Part shown: piece after piece, positions 1 through 8,695 of the stretch
Position numbering within the stretch: position 1 is the stretch's first letter
Layout of the letters: every line of letters starts with the position of its first letter
Origin: a virus
Lineage: Duplodnaviria; Caudoviricetes
DNA: 64,000 bases
Virus record (IMG/VR): IMGVR_UViG_3300030098_005649
Direction: 5' to 3' (one strand)
Program-made: the position numbers and the translations under genes
Notes under the pieces: generated by a model
The model's database searches: none
Seen by the model: the letters and a program-made list of their open reading frames with translations, nothing else
What the model was told of the DNA's origin: nothing

Positions 1-36
1 AGTTTGAACCTATTTTAGTTTTTTACAAAAAATAGC

Positions 37-66
37 TTGACTTGTATGGGAATTTATTAGTAATTT
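37..66 (+). promoter_or_regulatory. Host sigma70-type early promoter
   Basis: TTGACT (37-42), 18-nt spacer, TAATTT (61-66), A-rich UP element upstream; AAGGAG SD then ATG at 90. The same GCTTGACTT core occurs at 3634 and 47749. Confidence 0.7.
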
Positions 67-89
67 ATAAGGAGAGTTTATAAGAAAAT

Positions 90-1886
90 ATGTTATTACC
101 AACAGAAAAAATTGAACAACACGATAGTGTAGAATTGACAGATTTGGATGGTAATCCATTTCAGTTTAATTATTATAATCTATATAATCACAAATCGATA
201 TTTTTTAAAGATAAGGGATTCAATAGAACAGATGAAGCTTGGGATTCTAACCGACACAACGGAAATTTCTTTTCAGTTGCTCAAGGTAAGAAGAGTGTAT
301 TTCTGATTTATGATTTACGGAGTAATTTACAATATGCAAAAGATTGTATAGCTAGAGGTGTATGTATTAGAGAAGCACAAGAAACAATAGAATATTGTGA
401 AGACTTAATTTCAAGGGGATACGCATATGTTATTGTTGATGGACAGAATAGAGAAACCAATAATACGAAATGGTATGAGGGTGATTTACCAAATACTTCT
501 CAGTATGGTTTCAAATCTTTTCATTCTTTTGTAAACCAAACTGATGTTATAAAAGTAGATGAAGATAGTTTACCAACAAAGAATGGTTCACGAGATGTTT
601 ATTATATACATCCTAATGCAAAACAAATAAGATTAGATAAATGGAGAAGTTTTTTATCTAAGTGTGGTGGTGATAAAGATAAAGCTAAAAAGTTATATAA
701 ACGACAAGGTAAGACTTATACATACGAGTATCCAGCTCCAAAGGATTTTGTTGAGTCATATGATAATCAAGATGTATCAGTACACATAGTTACAAATGCA
801 TTTTACTCACAGATAGAAGGTTTATATTGGAGATATAATAATCAAGACCAGAACAAACCAGTTGAGTTGAGAAATGCAATTCAAGGTAAGTTATCAAATT
901 ATAAAAAGTCATTGATGTGGAATGGTGAAGAAGATAACTTCACCACTATGGCAACAAATCAATTCAAAAAGTATTTACACGACTTTACTATTAAAGGAAT
1001 TGACCCAAGAGACGCTTATTATAATGATAAGATTAGTGATGGTGGTGAAAATCGTATGGGTGGTTTTTTATTAGCAGAAGAAGAGTTTACTTTTCTTGAT
1101 AATCCACATTTATTAGACTCTGCAGATGATGATACATTTAGAGATGTTCTTTATAAATATCATCACAAACTTCCTGATTGGATTGAGACACACAAAAATC
1201 TTGTCCACTTTAGGGCAAATTGTTTTACATCTTATAATCATAGTCAAGCTAAATTTAAAATGAAAAGAAAGAATGCTTTAGATTATTTTATATTTGGATA
1301 TGACTTACAAAATCCAATGGATATGTTTGAAGATTTAAATTTTTCACCACTAAGTTTAGTTCCAGATTCGGTTGTCGATAAAATGACCGATAAGGAAAAG
1401 GACGATTTTTCAGTTAATCCAATTGAAGTTATGGATTATACAGAATTTTCAAAGTGGATTTGTGATGATGTTTTATTAAAAGAGTATGATGAAAAATTAG
1501 ATGACGAAGATAAATGGAATACAGAAACTTCATACTTTAATAGATTGGGTTCTAATAAACATTGGAAGTTGAGAAGAATATTATTTAGAAAAAGATTTCT
1601 TGAAGATATTGGAGATTTATTAGATAGAGGTGTGATTAGAATTACACAAAAGAAAAGAGTTATCTCTGATAAGGATTTTAGAAAACTTGCAAGACAGAAT
1701 AGTATGTTAGATTCTTATGGTAATAAAATTAATTCATTTGAAGATTTATTTAAAGTATATGCTAAAGCACACGGAGAACCATTTTCATTTGGTATCAATA
1801 GGGGTGGAGTAACAACAAAGTCAAATACTGATATTGATACTAAAATAGATAATCAAAAATTAGGAGCAAAATCAAAGTATGTCTAA
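90..1886 (+). CDS. DUF262 (ParB/Srx-like, DGQxR) protein with degenerate C-terminal HNH; GmrSD-like
   Basis: YVIVDGQNR motif; LYWRYNNQDQNKPVELRNAI resembles the DUF262 IFxRLN...ELRNAI block; C-terminal AHGEP..GGVTTKSN..DNQKLGAK resembles an HNH without Zn cysteines. Confidence 0.55.
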   Translation: MLLPTEKIEQHDSVELTDLDGNPFQFNYYNLYNHKSIFFKDKGFNRTDEAWDSNRHNGNFFSVAQGKKSVFLIYDLRSNLQYAKDCIARGVCIREAQETIEYCEDLISRGYAYVIVDGQNRETNNTKWYEGDLPNTSQYGFKSFHSFVNQTDVIKVDEDSLPTKNGSRDVYYIHPNAKQIRLDKWRSFLSKCGGDKDKAKKLYKRQGKTYTYEYPAPKDFVESYDNQDVSVHIVTNAFYSQIEGLYWRYNNQDQNKPVELRNAIQGKLSNYKKSLMWNGEEDNFTTMATNQFKKYLHDFTIKGIDPRDAYYNDKISDGGENRMGGFLLAEEEFTFLDNPHLLDSADDDTFRDVLYKYHHKLPDWIETHKNLVHFRANCFTSYNHSQAKFKMKRKNALDYFIFGYDLQNPMDMFEDLNFSPLSLVPDSVVDKMTDKEKDDFSVNPIEVMDYTEFSKWICDDVLLKEYDEKLDDEDKWNTETSYFNRLGSNKHWKLRRILFRKRFLEDIGDLLDRGVIRITQKKRVISDKDFRKLARQNSMLDSYGNKINSFEDLFKVYAKAHGEPFSFGINRGGVTTKSNTDIDTKIDNQKLGAKSKYV

Positions 1887-2631
1887 ATTTTTAGATTATG
1901 GTTATGATGACATCAAGTGTGATGTAAAGTTACCGATACCAATCGTGGAAGAGTTTGATGGTATCAGAGTTGTTCGTGATGACTTACTTGATGGTGGAAC
2001 TAAACGAAGAGCATTCACAATGTATGTTGCATCAAGACCTGATGTGAAAGAGTTTGTATATGCCTCACCACGACAAGGATACGCTCAATTATCTTTGGCT
2101 TATGCTTGTCACGACTTGGGTAGAAAATGTACCGTAACCGTACCAAAGGGTGAGAAGACTTGGCTAACCATTGAGGCTGAAAAATTAGGTTGTAATATCA
2201 TACAAGTTCCAATGGGATACTTATCAAACATACAACACAAAGCCAGAGTTTATTGTGAGGAAACTGAATCACATCTTATTCCATTTGGTGGTGACCATCC
2301 CATAATCATAGAAGCAATGACTCGTGCAGCATTGAGTCTTGATATCCAACCTAAAGAGGTGTGGACGGTTATGAGTAGTGGTGTATTGAGTAGAGGATTA
2401 CAGAATGCTTGGCCAGACGCTAAAGTATATGGTGTTCAGATTGGACACAACACAACAGAAGAAGAGATGGGTAGGGCAGAAACATTTCGTTCTAAATATA
2501 CATTCCAACAAGAATGTAAGAAAGACGAAAGACCACCATTTCCAAGTTCATTGACTTATGATAGTAAGGCGTGGACTTTCATAAAAGAAAAGGCAACGGA
2601 AGGGGCATTATTTTGGAATGTGGGAAAATAG
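1879..2631 (+). CDS. PLP-dependent fold-type II enzyme (ACC deaminase / D-cysteine desulfhydrase-like)
   Basis: RDDLLDGGTKRR (Schiff-base Lys, cf. GGNKxR), SSGVLSRGL phosphate loop, LTYDSKA (cf. PVYTGKA), LFWNVG end. Confidence 0.8.
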   Translation: MSKFLDYGYDDIKCDVKLPIPIVEEFDGIRVVRDDLLDGGTKRRAFTMYVASRPDVKEFVYASPRQGYAQLSLAYACHDLGRKCTVTVPKGEKTWLTIEAEKLGCNIIQVPMGYLSNIQHKARVYCEETESHLIPFGGDHPIIIEAMTRAALSLDIQPKEVWTVMSSGVLSRGLQNAWPDAKVYGVQIGHNTTEEEMGRAETFRSKYTFQQECKKDERPPFPSSLTYDSKAWTFIKEKATEGALFWNVGK

Positions 2632-3770
2632 TAGTTACAAGACTACGAAGTTCAGAATATTATAAAGGAGAAGCATTGAATCATATAGTTGATTCTATGT
2701 ATCATCTATTGGATAACTTTATTGAGAAGAATGATGGGTGGCCACATATGATAGACACACATAATTGTTCGTTACCATCAAGAGAGAAAAATAGAAATAG
2801 TATCAGAGACTATCAAAGAATTACGGATTCTGATGTGTTGATTATACCAAGTGAAGCAGAATTTGCATATAATATCTATGGTAGAATTTCTAATTTTCAA
2901 ATGGGTAGAACTTGGGGATTGGTACAATACTTGAGAGAAGCTCTTTTAGAAAATGTCAAACCAAGAAAGGTTATTATATTATCAAGTGATAAGGCAGACA
3001 CGATAGAATTATACAGAGACAAAGTATTTAAGATGATACCTAAATTAAAATTTTATAGATTAGATGAGAGTGAATTTCCAGGTGGGATACATCATCTAAA
3101 ATATCTAAACATTAGAAAATTAAATCTTGATACAACAAAGAAAAAAGATTTTGGATATTGGGGAACATCAAAAAGATATAAGATTGATATGACTTCAAAT
3201 ACGAGGGATTATAAAGTAAAGGATTATTTTTTAAATGGTAAAATTGTAAAGTATGGAACAGAGGGTTGTGAGTTGAAAACTAAATTTGTTGAACCATTGT
3301 TTGTTGGAAAAGAATCTAAAGACGAAAGACATACGATACTAAGAGAAATAAATGAAAGTGATATTACCAATAATATGATTGGTTATTTTGATGGATTTAA
3401 ATATACACATAAGTTCGATAAAAATATGACAAAGATTCTACCATATATAGCAGAGTGTAATACTACTTTATGTTTCAACTGGCCAGGTCAAGAAAAACAT
3501 TTTACATCAAGATATAATGAGGCAGTAGCTTGTGATGTGATTCCATTAGTTTGGAAAGATTATGATTGTGATAATAAATTAGTTGCTACAGATTGGCAAA
3601 GATGTTATTCTTTTGAAGATATTGTAAAAAAGTGCTTGACTTTAAGGAAAAAAAGTCGTAAATTAGACCTAACGAAAACTATAAAAAAGAAGTATTTGAA
3701 AGTTACTAAACCTTTAGAATATTATGAAGAATCGTTTGATAAAAAATTAATGGACATTTTAGATGATTGA
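2571..3770 (+). CDS. GT-B glycosyltransferase resembling T4 DNA beta-glucosyltransferase (likely start TTG at 2613)
   Basis: TKKKDFGYWGTSKR and HFTSRYNEAVACDVIPLVWKDYDCDNKL align by eye with T4 BGT KKTLDVIYGGSFR and FITLRVWETMASDAVMLIDEEFDTKHRI; purine-rich SD precedes TTG 2613. Confidence 0.6.
   Translation: MDFHKRKGNGRGIILECGKIVVTRLRSSEYYKGEALNHIVDSMYHLLDNFIEKNDGWPHMIDTHNCSLPSREKNRNSIRDYQRITDSDVLIIPSEAEFAYNIYGRISNFQMGRTWGLVQYLREALLENVKPRKVIILSSDKADTIELYRDKVFKMIPKLKFYRLDESEFPGGIHHLKYLNIRKLNLDTTKKKDFGYWGTSKRYKIDMTSNTRDYKVKDYFLNGKIVKYGTEGCELKTKFVEPLFVGKESKDERHTILREINESDITNNMIGYFDGFKYTHKFDKNMTKILPYIAECNTTLCFNWPGQEKHFTSRYNEAVACDVIPLVWKDYDCDNKLVATDWQRCYSFEDIVKKCLTLRKKSRKLDLTKTIKKKYLKVTKPLEYYEESFDKKLMDILDD
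3636..3664 (+). promoter_or_regulatory. sigma70-type promoter embedded in the 3' end of the BGT-like gene
   Basis: GC-TTGACT, 17-nt spacer, TAAATT, about 100 nt upstream of the ATG at 3763. Confidence 0.55.
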
Positions 3771-4617
3771 TAAAATATATATACCTACACTTGGACGACC
3801 AGAAGAACAAGTAACTTGGGATAATCTACCAAGTCAATTACGAGAAAAAGTTTGTTTTGTAATACACGAAAGAGAAAAAGATTTATACAAATATGATGCA
3901 GAATATTTAGTACTACCTGATGAACTTGATAGGATTTCAAAAGTTAGGAAAGAAATTATATACCACGCTGATGAACAGAGATTTTGTATGTGGGATGATG
4001 ATGTTATTTTTTATAGGAGAAATAGAAAGTACTATGGTGACTTACGAATCAATGGTGTATACATTCCTGATGTATTGAAGGAAGATGGTAAACCAATGTC
4101 CAAATGGAAAATGGAATATAGAGACTTCGTAGAAATGTTTGCTCAGTTTAATGAGTGGTTTGATAAGGAAGAAACTTTATTACATATAGGACATAGGAGA
4201 ACAAACTTACCACCATTAGGTTCTATAGCAGATAATATATTTTTTAATTCTATGCATTGTATCGATGGTAAAAAATTAAAACCAATACGAGATGAAATAC
4301 TTTGGGATTGGTGTCAGGTTGGAGAAGACGCTAATTTTATGTTAGAGTATTTGACAAGAGGTTACACAAACAGAAGAACAGATTTATATTCAGCACATTG
4401 GGGTTCATACCAAGATGGTGGATGTTCTCTATATAGAGATGCTGAGTTCCACAATAAGGAACACGAAAAATTAATGGCAAGATGGCCAGAGTATGTTAGT
4501 ATTAGAAAAGAAATGATGGCACAAGGTCGTGATGGTGAGAACATTGGGATGATAAAAGAATTTAAATATAATATGAAAAAGGCATACAAAGATTCACAAA
4601 AGAAGATTGGAGAATAA
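3763..4617 (+). CDS. GT-A glycosyltransferase, TET-associated (TAGT/GREB1-like) family
   Basis: IYIPTLGR start, MWDDDV (DxD), GEDANF, GGCSLYR..L..RWP C-terminal block. Confidence 0.7.
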   Translation: MIDKIYIPTLGRPEEQVTWDNLPSQLREKVCFVIHEREKDLYKYDAEYLVLPDELDRISKVRKEIIYHADEQRFCMWDDDVIFYRRNRKYYGDLRINGVYIPDVLKEDGKPMSKWKMEYRDFVEMFAQFNEWFDKEETLLHIGHRRTNLPPLGSIADNIFFNSMHCIDGKKLKPIRDEILWDWCQVGEDANFMLEYLTRGYTNRRTDLYSAHWGSYQDGGCSLYRDAEFHNKEHEKLMARWPEYVSIRKEMMAQGRDGENIGMIKEFKYNMKKAYKDSQKKIGE

Positions 4618-4620
4618 CAA

Positions 4621-5394
4621 ATGAAACAATTGACACCAGAACAAATAGTAAATAATTGGAATGAACTGATTCAGTTGATTGAAGGTGAATTCGATGGAGA
4701 GAGAAAAGAAAAACTCTTAGAGATGTATAAATACTTTGAGGATAGAATGTCTATCGCACCAGCTAGTGGTAAAGAACATTACCATAATGCATATGTCGGT
4801 GGTTATGTTGAGCATGTTTTGCATGTTTACAGATGTGCAGTATCTATCAAACAACAATGGGAAGAGAAAGGTGCTACAATAAACTTCACAGACGAAGAAT
4901 TGGCAATGGCGGCTATCCACCACGACTTAGGTAAAGTTGGTGATTTATACAATGAATATTACACACCAAATGAATCAGATTGGCATCGTAAGAATCAAGG
5001 ACTAATATTTTCACATAATGGTGATTTACAATTTATGACTGTTACTGATAGGGCATTGTTCTTATTACAACACTTTGGGATACCATTGACAGAGAATGAA
5101 TACATTGGTTTGAGACTTACTGATGGACTTTATGAAGAGGCTAACAAACCTTATTACATTGGATATTCTCCTGATAGACAACTCAAAAGTAATATTGCTT
5201 ATATATTACATCAGGCAGACTCTATGGCCACTCACATTGAATACGATATGTGGAAAAGAGGAGAAGAGAAAATAACAAAAAACATCAAACAAGTTGTTGC
5301 TAAAGAAGTGAAGAAAGTAGAAAAAGAAGAAAAAGTTGTGACAAAAGGTGCTAACGATTTATTTGATGAACTATTCGGAGATATGGAGAAATGA
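4621..5394 (+). CDS. HD-domain phosphohydrolase
   Basis: APAS..YHNAYVGGYVEHVLHV, AAIHHDLGKVG, LHQAD. Confidence 0.85.
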   Translation: MKQLTPEQIVNNWNELIQLIEGEFDGERKEKLLEMYKYFEDRMSIAPASGKEHYHNAYVGGYVEHVLHVYRCAVSIKQQWEEKGATINFTDEELAMAAIHHDLGKVGDLYNEYYTPNESDWHRKNQGLIFSHNGDLQFMTVTDRALFLLQHFGIPLTENEYIGLRLTDGLYEEANKPYYIGYSPDRQLKSNIAYILHQADSMATHIEYDMWKRGEEKITKNIKQVVAKEVKKVEKEEKVVTKGANDLFDELFGDMEK

Positions 5395-5675
5395 TAGAAT
5401 TACCATTCGTAAATTATATCTTAGGTTTACTAATAATAACAAACTCAGCTTTCATCTATAGTTCAATAAACTTGATGAGAAAGAATGAGAAGTTAGAAGA
5501 TTGGTTGGTAGACCTTGAAAATGATTTACAACAAGTAGAGAACGAAATCACAGAAGCAGACTCATCGGGTGGATTTGCTGCTGATGATGAAGTTGGAACG
5601 ATTTGGAGAACGATAAAAACTTCTCTAAGGAAATTAGAAAAATACACAAAGGGAGATAATATAAATGCCTCGTAA
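5391..5675 (+). CDS. Small protein with N-terminal TM helix and coiled coil
   Basis: Hydrophobic residues ~5-27 followed by heptad-like acidic helix; ATGA overlap with the upstream gene. Confidence 0.6.
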   Translation: MIELPFVNYILGLLIITNSAFIYSSINLMRKNEKLEDWLVDLENDLQQVENEITEADSSGGFAADDEVGTIWRTIKTSLRKLEKYTKGDNINAS

Positions 5676-6435
5676 AAAAAGTAAAAAGAATATGTACTTC
5701 CACGATGGAACGGAAAAAGCAATCATTCGTTATAATAATTCAACAGACCCAAATCTGAGGAATACAATTTATAATGAACACATCAGATTTGCTTTTGAGA
5801 AACTCGCAGAAAATCTTATTCATACATTCAAGTTTTATTATTTTGATGTATCGAGTGAAGATGTAAAACACGAAGTTGTTTCTAATCTTGTAAGTAATAT
5901 ACATAAATTCAAAGAAGGAAAAGGTAAGGCTTTTTCTTACTTCAGTATTGTTGCAAAGAACTATTTGATTCTTCACAACAATAATAACTACAAAAGATAC
6001 AAACAACACAAAGATGAAAAGGCTGTTGAGTATGGTAGGAATCTATGGAATGAACATAAGGCTGATTCCTCAAGTAGTTCTAACTTATTGAATGATGAAT
6101 TTACTGAAGAGTTACTTGAATATTGGGAAAAGAATCTAAATAGAATCTTCAAAAAACCAAAAGATATAAAGGTTGCTGATTCTGTATTGGAACTTATTCG
6201 TAGAAGAAAATTCATCGAGAACTTCAACAAGAAGGCATTATATTTGATGATTCGTGAAATGACATCTGCAAAAACACAACACATTACAAGAGTTGTAAAT
6301 GTAATGAAGAAACATTTCAAAAAACTATATTGGGAATATTCCAAGTATGGTGGAATTGATTTGAACTATACAGGTTCTATAATTCAAGAAAGGTCATCGA
6401 GTAATTCACAAGTGACATATAATACACTTTTCTAA
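5665..6435 (+). CDS. gp55: Phage late sigma factor (T4 gp55-like)
   Basis: HKFKEGKGKAFSYFSIVAKNYLI resembles sigma region 2 of gp55-family proteins (KF...AFAYFTQI); about 250 aa. Confidence 0.7.
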   Translation: MPRKKSKKNMYFHDGTEKAIIRYNNSTDPNLRNTIYNEHIRFAFEKLAENLIHTFKFYYFDVSSEDVKHEVVSNLVSNIHKFKEGKGKAFSYFSIVAKNYLILHNNNNYKRYKQHKDEKAVEYGRNLWNEHKADSSSSSNLLNDEFTEELLEYWEKNLNRIFKKPKDIKVADSVLELIRRRKFIENFNKKALYLMIREMTSAKTQHITRVVNVMKKHFKKLYWEYSKYGGIDLNYTGSIIQERSSSNSQVTYNTLF

Positions 6436-6437
6436 AT

Positions 6438-6467
6438 AAAAAAAGGGGGAATATCTTCCCCCTTTTT
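6438..6467. terminator. Bidirectional rho-independent terminator
   Basis: AAAAAGGGGGAA-TATC-TTCCCCCTTTTT perfect stem with A/T tracts on both sides, between convergent genes. Confidence 0.9.
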
Positions 6468-6513
6468 AGTTTCTAAGATTACCATAGGCTAGTAATCTTA
6501 TGTTCCATTATGC

Positions 6514-6735
6514 CTATTTACGGAACAAACCCACCAACACCAATAGTGCGACAAGCCCAGCGAAACCCGACTCGCCGAACCTACTGATAATAGATGTTAG
6601 ATTTCCAATAACATTGACACCAAAGATACCTGTTCCGAAGATGACTTCACCAACAGCACCAATGGCTACAAAAGATATAAGTAAATGAGCAATGTCATCT
6701 ACCCATCCCTTTACATCTGTTATTAGCTCTTTCAT
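6514..6735 (-). CDS. Small membrane protein (73 aa, 2 TM), Gly-rich GFAGLVALLVL end
   Basis: GGAG SD upstream of ATG 6735 on the minus strand; fills the gap between terminator and divergent promoter; two hydrophobic segments. Confidence 0.8.
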   Translation of the reverse strand: MKELITDVKGWVDDIAHLLISFVAIGAVGEVIFGTGIFGVNVIGNLTSIISRFGESGFAGLVALLVLVGLFRK

Positions 6736-6794
6736 TTGTTTACTCCCGTTTGTTTTTAGCAACTTGGACCCCTCAAACTAAAAAAGGGTCTATA

Positions 6795-6848
6795 ATAACT
6801 ATAATATATATGGAATTTATAGGACAAATGCGGGTTTTCACTATTTAT
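6795..6848. promoter_or_regulatory. Back-to-back putative late promoters (ATAGTTAT on minus, CTATTTAT on plus)
   Basis: Both match the (A/C)TANTTAT motif seen before most late gene blocks. Confidence 0.5.
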
Positions 6849-6874
6849 TAACAATAATTCAACAGGTAACCAAA

Positions 6875-7273
6875 ATGGCAATAGACTTTGAAGTTTTTGA
6901 GGGAAAATCCTTATCGGATTTGTTCAAAGACATTTATGAAAATACAGAAAAAAACAGAACACAACTTGATGTACTGATGAAAGAAGTGGTTGGTTTTATC
7001 AAGGATGGTGATACTGCAGTTCAAATAATTCCTATGTTGAAAGAGTATTTAGAAATCAATGTAAAGAATGATGAACAATTAGTAAAGATTGCTGCAATCG
7101 TACAACGATTAGCAAGTTCTGATTCAAAAGGTGCTGAGGCTGAGTTTGGATTATCTGAAGAAGAGAAAGAACAGTTATTAGGTTCACTCGAAAGTGTAGC
7201 AAATGATATACAAGAAAAGAGTGATGAATTACAAAACAAGGTTGAAACAAAAATACCAAGTATCGGAAACTAA
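6875..7273 (+). CDS. Helical hypothetical protein (possibly terminase small subunit-like)
   Basis: All-helical 132 aa at the head of the late block; no diagnostic motif for function. Confidence 0.4.
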   Translation: MAIDFEVFEGKSLSDLFKDIYENTEKNRTQLDVLMKEVVGFIKDGDTAVQIIPMLKEYLEINVKNDEQLVKIAAIVQRLASSDSKGAEAEFGLSEEEKEQLLGSLESVANDIQEKSDELQNKVETKIPSIGN

Positions 7274-7276
7274 ATT

Positions 7277-8695
7277 ATGAACACAGGACTCAATTGGTAT
7301 GAGGCTGAGGTTGTAAAAGTTTATCTTGACGATAGAGTAATAATAAAAGATGTTGGTTTATCTAACATTTATGATGAGTCTGGACAAAAAATACAACCAC
7401 AAAAAGCTAACCCAATACATTATGGTACTATTAGAGTAAAAATATCTGCACTCGATACCAAATATACTGATCTTATCAGTAGAATAGTTAGACCATTAGA
7501 CCCACATATGGTATTTATGCCACTCGTGGGTGAAACTGTTTCTTGTGTACAGATAAGTAGTAATTGGTATTTCTTATCATCAGGAAGAAATAGTGGTCAA
7601 GTAAATAATAATATAAAAAGAAATAGAAGTAGTGATGGTGAGTCTCGGACAATGAATGACGATGGTACAATTGCTGGTAATCAATTAGATTTTGATGGTG
7701 GTGATTTTTTTAGACCTAAATTTATTTCGAGACCAAAAATAAATGAGGGTGATACTTTATTACAAGGTAGGTATGGTAATTTTATAAATTTCTCAAGTAA
7801 TGTAAATGTACTTGAAGATAGTAAAAACATTATAAGTAAAAAATTAGCAGGTGGTTCTATAAAAATAGTAAATTCGTTTGCTAGTGAAGATGTTGCAAAT
7901 AGAGATATAGAGTTTTATTCAGACCAAAAGGGAAATAAGAAAACTGAGAAGTTGGGTGATTATAGATACTCATCAAAAAAATATAAAAAGAATTTATTGG
8001 CAAGAGGATATGGACAGATAACTCCAGTACCAAAGGATATAAATTATGATGGTAGTTCAATTTATTTATTAAGAAATGAAGCTACAAATATAAGATTTGG
8101 TTCACCTGTACCAAAAGCTGCAACTGTAACTCAAGGTGGTAACCAAATTGTTATGAACTCAGACCATATGATTTTTAATTCTCGTAGACAATCACTTGTA
8201 TTTTCTGCAAAACAAAATGTATCAATACATTCAAACAAAGGAATTAGATTGTATGTGAATGATAAACCATCAGAAGATGATGTGTTGAATGGAAGAATCT
8301 TCTTAGGTGGATTACCTGGTAGAGTAGAATTATCAGATGGTAGTGTTGCAAAAGGTCAAGTTGGTGAGGGTGATGGAGCAAGAAAACCAGAACCCATAGT
8401 GAGAGGAGTACAACTTGCAAAATTTTTCAATCAATTAGGAAAAGCTTTAGATGGATTTGCTACAGCAGGTGAAACATCAAGTGGGGCATTAGCAAACATA
8501 CTTGGTATGGCAGGTCAAGATGTTGAGTTGAAATCTGCATTTGCAAATCTAAAACAATCAGTAAAATTTTTAAATGAATCAGACCTCATTGATTTAGATG
8601 CAGGTGCACCTGATGTTACAAAGTTCAAAGATGGTGGAGATGGTGAAGGTAAATCAATTGATAGATTATTTAGTAAAAAGGTATTTACGATATGA
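7277..8695 (+). CDS. Baseplate hub/spike protein (gp5-like, no lysozyme domain recognised)
   Basis: N-terminal OB-fold-like G.IRVK...PLDP...PLVGETV, EGD.LLQGRYGN, beta-helix-like QIVMNSDHMIFNSR; lies upstream of gp25/gp6. Confidence 0.55.
   Translation: MNTGLNWYEAEVVKVYLDDRVIIKDVGLSNIYDESGQKIQPQKANPIHYGTIRVKISALDTKYTDLISRIVRPLDPHMVFMPLVGETVSCVQISSNWYFLSSGRNSGQVNNNIKRNRSSDGESRTMNDDGTIAGNQLDFDGGDFFRPKFISRPKINEGDTLLQGRYGNFINFSSNVNVLEDSKNIISKKLAGGSIKIVNSFASEDVANRDIEFYSDQKGNKKTEKLGDYRYSSKKYKKNLLARGYGQITPVPKDINYDGSSIYLLRNEATNIRFGSPVPKAATVTQGGNQIVMNSDHMIFNSRRQSLVFSAKQNVSIHSNKGIRLYVNDKPSEDDVLNGRIFLGGLPGRVELSDGSVAKGQVGEGDGARKPEPIVRGVQLAKFFNQLGKALDGFATAGETSSGALANILGMAGQDVELKSAFANLKQSVKFLNESDLIDLDAGAPDVTKFKDGGDGEGKSIDRLFSKKVFTI

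Noticed and set aside
90-2631. Dnd/Ssp phosphorothioation system (DGQHR protein + cysteine desulfurase)
   Set aside because: The PLP enzyme is fold-type II, not IscS/DndA-like; no DndC/SspD PAPS-reductase-like gene or DndD/E nearby.
6500-6688. 62-aa plus-strand ORF
   Set aside because: Antisense to the better supported minus-strand membrane gene and downstream of a terminator.
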